Part shown: positions 35,485-46,746 of the stretch, piece by piece
Layout of the letters: every line of letters starts with the position of its first letter
Numbering within the stretch: the stretch's first letter is position 1
Origin: Bugula neritina
Lineage: Eukaryota > Animalia > Bryozoa
DNA length: 64,000 bases
Assembly: GCA_964035545.1 (NCBI GenBank)
Contig: OZ037765.1
Coordinates: 21,328,995-21,392,994, forward strand
Direction of reading: 5' to 3'
Program-made: the position numbers and the translations under genes
Notes under the pieces: generated by a model
Told to the model about the DNA's origin: nothing
Seen by the model: the letters and a program-made list of their open reading frames with translations, nothing else
Databases searched by the model: none

Positions 35485-37607
35485 ATGTTTTTGGTTGGAT
35501 TAACTGGAGGAATAGCTACTGGCAAGTCTACTGTATCCAGGATACTTAGTAAAGAAGGCTGTGCTATTATAGATGCTGATTCTATTGCCAAACAAGGTAA
35601 GGAACTGTGTAGGTATATGTTATGCAGGTATATATGACGTGAGTGATCCTGTACGAGAAGATTGTATGTTTATTGCCTGCAAATAATTACTACATAAACA
35701 TTGACACTATGGCTTTTGGTAAAACTAAAGTGGAGAGATTATGATAGAATCACTATTTACAAAGCATATTTTCAACTTGTAAATCTAGTTTCCATAGGTT
35801 ATCAATTATATGTTTATGGTTAATGGCTCCAGAAGTCATTTGACAAATCTTGATTTTAGTTACTGGATTAGTTGATTTATTTTATCTTGTTTTGCACTTT
35901 AGTGGTTGCCAAGCACACAAAGGGCTGGCAGCTGGTAAAGCAGCACTTTGGCGATGCTATCTGTGACAGCGAAGGTAACATAGACCGTGCTAAGCTAGGC
36001 GAGATCATATTTTCAGATCCCACTCAAAGGCAGCGTTTAAACTCTATTACACATCCTTTAATATTTCGGAGAATGCTTTGGGAAGCATTATGCAATCTAG
36101 TCAAAGGTTTGAGCTGATGCTTTACTATAACATTGATTAGAAAGAGTAAAAAACTGCCATGAAATCTTACAGGAAACCTGCTATTATTAGTTTTATATTA
36201 TGAATCTGTAGCATTTTCTTATTGTGTTTTACATCAACCATTCTTCAGTAGTGTATAACACCACAAGACCAATAATTATTCTTTTTACTCAATGTACTTT
36301 CAATATGCTATGATTTATTAAGTGGTATATGGTATGTGCATCTTAAGTATGTAGCTATGAATTATATCTTAGTTTATAAAAGTATTCACTCAAAACATTT
36401 TCATCAAAGTTTTTATGCAATTTAAAATAATTTTGTTGTGAAATGAGCAAAAGTAAATATGGCAGGCAAAAATAATGTGGTTATTAATGAGTTATTTTAT
36501 CAAACATTTATTTTCTTCTGTTGAAATATAAAAAATTTATTTGTAGGCAAAAGATATGTAATCCTAGACATTCCTTTACTAAGCAAACACAGTCCTATGT
36601 TCTCCTTCTTGAGTGAAATTGTTGTTGTTCACTGGTAGGTTTTATTTATTTAATTACTCTATTTACATGCATGTGCTAATAATATTAATTATTTGTTGCA
36701 GTAGTGGGACTAAATTTCATAATGTAATTAATTTTCAGTCTTTTGTAAAAAATCAGACTTTAGTACTGCTCTTTAAGATTATTTGTAACCCCCACAGTGG
36801 TGCTTGAATAGAGCAAGGTTTGCAGCAATTACAAGCTATAATTGAGTTATTGCTATGATTCATACTTTCAATCACATTGTCATAGTATCCTAATTTGTAT
36901 TTATTAAACTTTTAGTGATGCTACAATTGCAAACTGTGGCTGTCTTACAATAAAATTGTTGGTGTTTAATTGGAAGTTTGTAGTTTAACTAGTGATCCCA
37001 GAAAAATAGTTTCCCAGTAGTTAGGATGGTTTTCAACTACGATTGTTTTTGAACGTGACACGCATTCAGAAATTATAAAACTCCCAACCTATAGTTTACA
37101 ATACTCATATTAAAACTGTGGCTCTTGTGTTAAACCTGTTGGCTCAAGATTTTCGTTATTCAACTGGAAGTTTGCTATCTCCACTGTTCTTCAGGTTTTA
37201 GAATAGATTGTAGGTGTGAGCACTTTGCATTTGCTAATTTTTATAACCTTAAAGTTTTTAATATAATCTAATGTAGTATATAATCAGCAAATAGATGAAT
37301 AATACTTTTCTGTAACTATATCAGTGAGGAAGACATTCAGATAGAGCGTCTCATGCAGAGGAACAATTATACAGAAACTGAAGCTAAGCAAAGAATTTCA
37401 TCGCAGATGCCAGTTAAAGAGAAGATGAGTCTAGTTACCAATCAGTGCTGTCTAATTGACAACAATGGGAGTTCTTCAGCTACTCAGACCCAAGTCATGA
37501 AACTAAAATGTTATTTAGACTCTAGCTGGCGGCCTGAACTTTTACATTGTGTCTTCCTTAGTACTGTGGTATTAATTGTAATTTCTCTCAGACTGTACAT
37601 GCAATAA
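35485..37607 (+). CDS. DCAKD: Dephospho-CoA kinase domain-containing protein
   Basis: Exons 35485-35596, 35903-36106, 36547-36634, 37325-37607; [16 protein letters not shown] (P-loop), [36 protein letters not shown]-terminal hydrophobic anchor. Confidence 0.93.
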
Positions 37608-37911
37608 TTATATGTACTTGAATTGATTTTCAAGTTGTTGCTTGGGTGTATTATTGAGTGCTATCTTTAAATTCTGCGATTTTTGAAATTGTCATGTTTT
37701 ACTGTGTCCTATCAAAAGCACAATCCATAATTTGTGTTTTCACTGGTAGAAAGTATACAGATAATTTATTGATTGTTTATACACAATACTTAAAATGAAG
37801 ATACGATGTATTAAACAAGCCATAATGCTCTCCTTAGGGAAAAATTACTTGGGATAATACTTGATTGTGTAAAATCTTTCAATATGGAAGCAATATAATG
37901 AATTGAGTTGA

Positions 37912-40900
37912 TTAGGCTTCAACTTCTTCCTTTTCACTTGTAGACTGAGAGTCAGCATTTTGATCTCGCTCCTCACCACTCGGTTTGCTTGTCGTCTCGA
38001 CTTCTTTTTTAGCCTCATTGTCTACCTTGCTGTCGTCTTCTTTTTCATCTGCTATTTCTTTGACACATTCTTTAAGTGCTTTCTTTGAGCCCGGTGTGTT
38101 TTGTAAGTAAGCGAAATAAGCTGCTTTCATGTTTCCTCTGTTTAGAGGGTGCACATCATTCAATCTATGTAATTCCATTCTATAAAAATCTACTTTGGTT
38201 CGTTCGTAATCGCTGTTGGTCTTAGCCTGTCCTTGTGAACTGTATTTTTCTTTCAACTCCTTTCTACAGTAGAAAATGAAAATGAGGTTATTTATATCAA
38301 CAGTTTATGTTAACTATTAAGGTGATTTTACAAAAGCATACGTAAAAAGAATTCGTTTAGCCATCTTTATATATGAAATACAGACAAAACACTAGCTTCA
38401 GCTCACTATTAAATTTAAAATTTAAAACTTAATTTCTATGTAAACATAAACAATAACTTTGTTTGACTTGCTATGATCTTCTAAAAAAAAATTTCGTTTG
38501 TAATTTTCTGCAATAAAAGCTGATCTTGCCTTGTAAGCAAGTATAAAAGTGTAGACTTAAATATATAGGTGTGTTCTGCATGTGATTTTTATAGGGTATC
38601 GTTCATGAATAAATAACAGTGCTAGTTCGTTTTTGCAACTCCTAGCTAGAAATTCCCAAGGTTTTGTCTGACTAAAAGTCATAAATTTTTAATTTTTCAA
38701 CCATTTTATGTTCACTGTTCTATAGTTTTCAGACCTTAGTCCTAAGAAACAGACTTTAAAATACACCTTATTTTGGCACCTCACCTAAGTTTGGGAACAT
38801 CATTGTAGTTCAGTGTCCTGCTTGCTAAGTCTGGTGTATCCATGTCTACATGTGGAAACACTGGTATCATGGTACTACCTTCTCCAACTTTTTTCTCTTT
38901 CTTTGGCCTACCAAAACCAAAAAATAATTTTCCAAACACTATGCATAGAAAACTCTATATGGTTGCAATTCAGTTTGTTAATCAGCAAATAATGTGAATG
39001 CTAATAATTGATTTTTATTCTGAGTAGGAAAAGGCGCTCAGTTTGCATTGATTTTTGTTTTAATTGTCATTAGAATTTTGTCTATCAAAACTGCTTGTTA
39101 TTTATTGATTTTTTTGAAATGGTGAAATTATTTTAGGACAGTATCGTAGCTTACGATTCTTTGAACGGCTGAGGAGTTTTAATTTTTACTGGAGACCCTA
39201 ATTGATGGTCCATTTTATTGCTGACCCATGGATCTACCAGTCCAATGGCTGTGTTTCTTGTAGCATACTCTGCTTTTGCATCTTTCAACTAAAAATTATC
39301 ATCAAAATTTAACAGTTATGTCGTGAAAATAGGTTTAAATAAAAAAAGTTGAATCTGTAAGGTGGAATAAAGACACATATACAGCAATATTTCAGGTTTA
39401 AATACATTAATATATAGTAAGGCATGTGAAAGTGGGTTAATTCTCTTCAATAAATATATAAATGTAAATTTATATGCATTTCATGGCTCTAAATTCATAA
39501 TTCTTCACATATATGCCAATTCAAGAATAGAATTGACTATAAGAACTAGGGTTGAATATATGAAAATTTCATATTGAATAATATATGCACCTTGCCATTG
39601 TCCCCAGTCTTGATAATTACATGCTCTGCTGTTGTAGTGTCATAGTAGGGTTCGAGGCTGTTGAAACAGTAAGGCACGTGCTTTTGTCTAAAACACAATC
39701 TTGCTCTAAAATTTTCTGCTAAATATCTGTGTACTGTGTAGTCTAAGCTATATTAGCTTCTTTGAATTTTTAAACTTGCAATGTTTATGCTAGGGACTAA
39801 GATTTTAAGCATGATTAAAAATATTACAGTAATATAGTATTACCATATGCTGTAATAGACTGTGTGGAGAATAAATTTTTTACTGAACAGTTTAAAGTAC
39901 TTGTTATTTCAAACACCATTGCACTGTTGTTGATACTCAGAAAGTTATCTTCTTAGTTTTTAACTGAGAAGTAATTTTTTCGGGAAAGAATCAACATGAA
40001 AATTGTTTGGTGCATATTTAAATAGTTTAAAAATACTACTTATGATCTCTCTTTTCAAATTTATGTCTTGTGCTTCTTCAACACAAATTAGTTTTACAGC
40101 ACAGTAATACAATATTTAGCACGCATTTTAAAAGATGATTGTTACATTTGCTTCCATAAAATGCATAGTATGGCTAGAAATGTCACTAAAATATGGCTGT
40201 TATGTTAAATATATAAACTAATTGACCAACTTACATTGGTGGTGCTTGAATTTTTGAGGATTTGCTCTTCAGACTTTCTTGCAACCGCTTAAGTTCTTCT
40301 TGGAAAAATTGTTTTTTCTTGTCTCCTGAAAAGCAAAACCAATTTTCACAATAGCTTATGTATATGAATAAACTTGTTTTATTTTGTTTTTATATAACAA
40401 TTATATTCTGTAGAACATAGTTGTAAATTTCATAGGTTACAGTTAGAAACTAAATCAAAATTATACGATCACTTGAAATTCAATTATAGCAAATTATGAC
40501 CACTGAGCTATATGGGCCAATTTATGACTTGATATTAATTTATAAACTTATATTCAATTAATTATCAACTTTTCGAGATGCAGTTACCTTTCTTTGCCTG
40601 CTTTTGCTTAGATTTATCCTCATTTAACTCACTCACCTGTGTGAGTGTCTCATCATCATCTAGTCACAAATAACAACATAACAAAGCAATAAAGTGAACG
40701 TTAGCTAATCTATGTTTTTTATAAGAGAAAAAGCAACACTCAATTAAAAGAAGTTAAATAAACATAGAAATTACACAAACATGTGCAGAATTGAAATGGT
40801 TAGTCTCACTCTATAGTCTAAATGCAAAGAAAACAGTTTCAAATTGGGCAAAGTTAAAAACGGAATAAAGAGAAACAAACAATAATAAAATATTGTGAGT

Positions 40901-41600
40901 CATGGGGGTCACATTTCACAAACACATGCAAGCGTAGAGATTACTTAATGTACTTACCATCCTTTGCTGCACTATCTTCTGTATCTCCAGCTTCTTCCTA
41001 TAAAAATGTGTAACTAAAAGTCATCATCTGAAAAATGCTTTGTGGTTTTTGACAAGCCTTATTTACCTCTTGGAATTTAGATAATATAATATACAATGAA
41101 TAATAGCTACAATAGTTAATAGCAAAGATAAAATTTAAATTAACACTTTAAGGTCCCAGAGCCTTGGAGCATTACATTTTTTATCTTTGTTTAATTGGCC
41201 AAAATTCTTTGTGCTTTGTCATCACTTAACTATTTCTTGCAATTCTTTTTCTGTTGACCTATGATATACGTTTAACTTTGATTAAAAACTTTTGATATTG
41301 AGCCTCAATTGACGTTCAAGCATTTTTTTTAAAAATAAACTTTTTAAAAATAAGAATTTAAATTTTCTGCTTATTTACATATAATTGTTACTGCTTACTA
41401 TTACTTGGAAAAAACAAAATACAGTTGTTGTGGTTAGCCAATTCAACATATCTAATAGGTTGTAAACAATACTAATAATGAAATCTTTTCATTCAGATAA
41501 CATTATAAATATAAACATGTAAGTTGCTGTGTGAAAATAAAAATTGTCAACTTACTGACTGCTGATCACGTGGTGATTTGGTTTCTTCTTCTTCAGCCAT
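37912..41600 (-). CDS. Uncharacterised 8-exon protein (about 330 aa), candidate ciliary/RFX target
   Basis: In-phase exons, approximate: 41600-41556, 40997-40958, 40659-40588, 40325-40235, 39687-39591, 39287-39154, 38907-38785, 38264-37912. Starts MAEEEETKSPRDQQS; conserved-looking block DYERTKVDFYRMELHRLNDVHPLNRGNMKAAYFAYLQNTPGS. Confidence 0.8.
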
Positions 41601-41789
41601 AGCACATACAAGACGTGAAAAGTTCAACCTAGATGTGCTATATAAAATAGGGTAAAGCTATGACACAAATGTGAAGGTATGTAATAATTAAATAGTCTTT
41701 TAGATCTTAAATTATTAATGATGCTGGACACGAAAAGTACGTGCAGCAGGTAACTGAATAGTGTAGCTGCATAGCTAGAGCATTCTACT

Positions 41790-41803
41790 GTTGCCTGAGC
41801 AAC
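41790..41803. promoter_or_regulatory. RFX X-box in a divergent promoter region
   Basis: GTTGCCTGAGCAAC fits GTNRCC-N(0-3)-RGYAAC; 190 bp upstream of ATG 41600; two ATTGG (CCAAT) boxes follow within 25 bp. Confidence 0.7.
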
Positions 41804-43667
41804 AGAATTGGCGCGTTTCATTGGTTAAGATTTTTCGCCCTTGACAAGACTACGCTAATGTTAGGACACGGGTGAAAATTTTACGGCTTTGATAAAATAA
41901 GAAAGAGGAAACAAACGTTAAAGAAATAAAATATTTACTCTACAGATACAAGTGCAAAACCTTTATGCGCATGTGTAAAACTGAGTACCGAGTACGATTT
42001 TATGAGAAAATTATTAGCTTATTGCTATTGGCCTATTGCAGACGAATAGCTTACATAATTAAAGGGATTTGTCGCATAACTCCTCAATTCCCATAGCTCA
42101 AATATCAATATGAACACTTTCGCTTAGACTTAGTCTTACTCTTAGGTTGGTGAAAATAAATAATATTATTGTTTTTATTTTAGACACTAAATATGTTTTT
42201 TGTATTTTTTTTATTTAATATACATGAACATTAACCTTATTTTAATAAATACTTATAAGTTAATGTTATACTTACGTAATACTAATACTAATAGTAATAC
42301 TAAATCTTATACTGATTGAGTGCTAGTAAAACTAAATCAAAATGTAGTAGTTTTAGTTTAAATTGAAATCTTATAGTCACAGTGAGTGTTGCAGCATATC
42401 TCTGACTCTATGAGTATGACTATTGGCATTGCCATAACTATAAGTATAACATTTGATTAGGTTGAACAATAACTGTAACTTAAACTGTAAAACTAAATAT
42501 AACAGCATGAGTATTATAAGAATAACATCAAGTTTAACTAAATCTAATACTTACTTATACTATAACTATAAGTTTAGTATAACTAAGTATTAGATTTTGA
42601 TTAAGTTAAACTGTAGTCTATAACTATAAGTATAACTATTAGTATTAAAGTATTACTATATTTATCGTTAGGCATCTAGTTCTACTTATCATAGTAATGA
42701 GTATTGTAATAACTAAATAATAAATTCATATTGCTAATAATTTTGATTGTTGAAAAATAGTTATAGCTTCAGTTAAATCTAATCACATAAGTAATACTAT
42801 ACGCTTACAGTAATAGTAATATTCATATTGACTCTCAGTGGTTGTAGTTTTTGAACAGATAATTAATACTAACAGTCTAGCAGTAAGTACAAAAACTCAA
42901 TTAGTTATAAGTAATTAGTTTACTAATAGAAAATGATTAGGCGTGGAATTTTTAAACTATTGATAATAATCATTATTACAATTATTTGTGAATTTTAATG
43001 AAAATTATATATTTAGCAAAACTGAATGTACTAGACTAGGTTTATTTTAAGAGACTCATCACAACTCTAGTTCTTAGTATGATACTAATAGTAATACTTA
43101 GATATGGCAATACCACTGTCTTAAATAATAATAATAGCAATGTTTATGATATAAATAGTATTAGTAATTACTGTAACTTAAAAAATCAAGTCGTATCAAA
43201 AATCAATTTAAGACTATTAGTAATACTAGCAATAAAAGTAGTGCACACTGTTATAAGTAGAAGATTAAGCATTCCTTGTGCTGGACTTTAACTTATTAGC
43301 TGTGTCTATTAACTATAGGATGATATCTATTAAACTTAATAAATTAATTTGAGCTATAAATTCTGATAATGGCTCTTTTTTGTTAAGAAGCAGTGCATTT
43401 ATAGGTAACATTAGGTTCTCATGATGTTGAATGCTAATTTTGCCTTAGTCTGAACCAGCTCCGAACAATTTATATGTAGTCACCAAAGTATGCAAGAGAG
43501 TGCCGAGAGTCAGTCAATTTGTCACCCAATATTAAGAAACTGTATAACTTCAAATTGTTATGTATTTCAGTTTTCTATTACAGCCACAGAAATATTCTAG
43601 GATTTTTTTTGCAAATTATCCTTTTGCTAAGTAATCTTATGTTGGTATAATTTCTATAGAGAACAAG

Positions 43668-44955
43668 ATGAATTTTTGCACGTGGGAAAATGAGAAGTTC
43701 AAAGACTTCTTCAAACCAGGTTTGTAAGCCTATATCCTTTTACTTAATTTATATATATAAACATTTTTTATTCTAACAGTTTTGTTCGACTTCTGTTAGA
43801 AAATGAATAATGTTATATATTGCATATTTATGCTAGGTAGTACATAATAATATATGTAGAATAATACGATTAGTCATCTTATTGCTCAATTTATACAACT
43901 GGCTTTAAGTATGCACATTTTGATATGATTTTATACTAATGCATACTAATTATTTAGCTGAGTCAAGTAAAAAATTATGTTGTAAGGTATTAAAAGTTAT
44001 TCGCTTTACTGACTTCTCAAGAGACGTGCTAGAAAACAATATAATAGCAACTATGTATTGTACAACAAACACACTTTGTACCACATTTCAGCTATTCAGC
44101 TATAATTCATTCTTTTGTTGTAGGAAAGTATGTGTGTGTCAAATGTGGTCATGACCTGTTCTCTAGTAATGCTAAATTCAAGCACTCATCGCCCTGGCCG
44201 GCCTTTTCAGAAACTTTAAGACCAGATAGTCTATATAAAAAACCAGAAACTGCAACTGCTTTTAAGGTAAATAAGGTTTTTTTTCAGCTTTTTGTATGGA
44301 ATAAAAATTTAATTTTCATTATTATGTGAATATGTGGTTTTTATTTCCATATGTCGGGTAGCCGCTTTTTAATGTTTTAGCATACATCTGTTGAATATTT
44401 ACCTTGCAATACTTTCAAGAGCATAAGATTGGTTTAAATGGACTCATAGATACTAGTGTATGAGTAGAAATTTATATTGTCAGCTTGGTAAGCTGTCTTC
44501 AGAATTTTCTGTATGTCTTGTATTTGTTCTCTGTGACTGTAGATTCACTGTGGAAATTGTAAGCATCCTCTTGGCCATCAGTTTCTCGGTGATGGTCTGA
44601 AAGGTGGTTCACGTTTCTGAATATTCAGTGACTCCATGAAGTTCGTCCCAAGTGAGTTTTACATAAAGTACTAGCAGCCACAACTGTTAGTTTAGAAACT
44701 TAAACTTAGCTAGCTATTTGCTGCATTTTTCTAATAAAATTAAGAAACACTTCTGTTCAACTTTGATTGAGTTTTAATGACTATTTAATAAAGTAAAATT
44801 CAAGTTCACTTTGAGTTCAGTAGAATTGCAGTTTTTATTTACTACTACATTTGGTAATTCTAGTGCTTATCCTTCATTTAGCAGAAAATGAGGAAAGTTT
44901 CCAAATTGAAGAACCAAAAAAATCTACAAAACAAATTTGCTGTGTTATATTATAA
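43668..44955 (+). CDS. MSRB1: Selenoprotein methionine-R-sulfoxide reductase B1 (SelR/SelX), about 124 aa, Sec91 encoded by TGA 44618-44620
   Basis: Exons 43668-43719, 44124-44266, 44543-44651, 44885(or 44882)-44955 give MNFCTWENEKFKDFFKPGKYVCVKCGHDLFSSNAKFKHSSPWPAFSETLRPDSLYKKPETATAFKIHCGNCKHPLGHQFLGDGLKGGSRF-U-IFSDSMKFVPKNEESFQIEEPKKSTKQICCVIL. Two Zn-binding CxxC, Cys4 and SRFUIFS are collinear with vertebrate MsrB1. Confidence 0.95.
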
Positions 44956-46521
44956 ATGCAGTGAAATTATGTAAAGTATGTTACCTGTGGTGTTATTTCT
45001 GCTTTTGTCTCAAACTGTTAGTTTGATTTATTTTCGTTTGTGTTTATGTTTGAAGTTAATTTAGAATGGAGCTGTGTTCTTTCAGAACATAAACTTTATT
45101 TTTCTTGAAGTTTGTGTCTATTCAAGTAACTTATTTGTAGTTATGAGAAAGTTAAACAGTTTGCAGTGTATACTACCGTAACCCTGAATGTGGTGTTTTT
45201 TACAAGCGGAATCAGAAGTGGTAAACAAACGGCTTCAAACTTACTATAAAAACAAACATTGGTCACTAGTAGCATTTAACTTTTATGTAATGTTGGTATT
45301 CATTTTATGAGCAATGGGCTGTTTTAGGCTCTTTATCTAAAAAGTCTTTATATCTCCATTGATCCTGCTGTCTTGGTGGAGTAATGACTTTAGACGATCA
45401 TGTTTTACACAGCGAGCTGTTATGTATTACCATCTTTTTCTCCCAACACTTCGTAATTGATTCATGAAAATATAACTTTATTATATATTCCAAGGGAAGC
45501 ATTAGCTACATTTACACAATTTTCAGGCTACCAAAACTGATCACTGAAGTTTGAACATAGCTGGGTACAATTTCTAGTTGAAAACTGTCCTTTTTCAATT
45601 ACACCTGAATTATCTGTGCAGCATCATATCTCAAATGACAAAGGAAAATTTGAGCATCTATATGCATTGAGAATTTACATGTTATTTTACAATTCAATCT
45701 TTGTATTCAAAAATGGCACTTTGTAGTGTAGGCTATATATAAAATGCAGTTAGTTTTTCATTGATTACTTCACTGTACTACCAGGATGTGTATTGATGGG
45801 CATTTGGCCTTAGCCTATTCTAGGTAACCCGTTGGTAACATGAATCTTATGTTTATAGCCTCTCTAATTACTACTTAGTGAATATCTGTAAGCTTGAATT
45901 TGATACTATATAATATGCATTAGCAAGATGAGTAGGCAATACTTATTACTAGAATAGATGTTGTGATGAGTCAATAAGATTTATACTTAGTGAAAGTGCT
46001 GATGTCATTGTGAGACTGTAAATTCCTTTAGAGATATAGTAAACTTCTGTTCAAGACCCATAAAGTGTATTACGTGTGACTTTGGAAATCAATTTGGTTA
46101 TATCAGTTGATTTTAAGATGTGACGTAGGTCTTAATACTTAGTGCTAGGCATGACTCATTCAAAACAAGGAAGTGGTTTTGTAATCCCACCTCATGTTAT
46201 TTTGGTGATTCTAGAAATGTTGTAAGTAATTGTTGTATTTTGTAGATTAAAATGGTTGAGAGACATCATGGAGCGTTTAATTTAGCTGAGCTAAAACTTA
46301 GATAATAAAACTGAATTTATCATACTATGACACTTTTATCAGTCAATTGACTTGGAATTAAATGAATATTTTGACCTTAACTTAACTTATTTAAATTATT
46401 ATCACATGCATAAATGTTATCTCTATTAAATTTTGATTATACATTTTTTCAACAGTATTGCTACAATCATGCTTATAAGATGTGATCATATGTTTTTTCT
46501 TGTGTTGCAAAGCCAAATTCT

Positions 46522-46598
46522 GCTGTAGTGATGCCAATGACGTACTTAAGCTCCACTCAATTTGAGCGCTCATGTATTGAAAAAATATATACTACAGT
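46522..46598 (+). promoter_or_regulatory. Candidate SECIS element (type II, CC apical variant) in the MSRB1 3' UTR
   Basis: Helix I GCTGTAGTG/TACTACAGT; core ATGAC...TGAA; helix II GTACTTAAGC/GCTCATGTAT (8 of 10 paired); spacing ATGA-N12-CC-N24-GA; apical mini-helix CTCA/TGAG. Confidence 0.7.
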
Positions 46599-46740
46599 TG
46601 AGTTTGGTTTTTGCAGCGACTTTTTTTGTGCAAGTTTCAAAAATTGTTTTTATTTTTAGACACTAATTTGTTAAAATAGTCAATATTTTAAATTATAGAA
46701 ATGTGCAATTTTTGCCTCTACTAATAATTGAATTACCATC

Positions 46741-46746
46741 AATAAA
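46741..46746 (+). terminator. Candidate distal polyadenylation signal of MSRB1
   Basis: First AATAAA seen downstream of the SECIS candidate. Confidence 0.4.

Noticed and set aside
35320-35487. LSM10-DCAKD stop-codon readthrough fusion
   Set aside because: A second in-frame TAG follows five codons later, and the spliced spacer (44 nt) is out of frame.
44543-44651. MSRB1 as a pseudogene with a premature stop
   Set aside because: The only stop is TGA exactly at the known Sec position; splice sites and downstream homology are intact.
44956-46400. Other RTGA..GA SECIS-like strings (near 45307, 45840, 46076, 46327)
   Set aside because: Helix II is out of register or poorly paired, and there is no supporting helix I.
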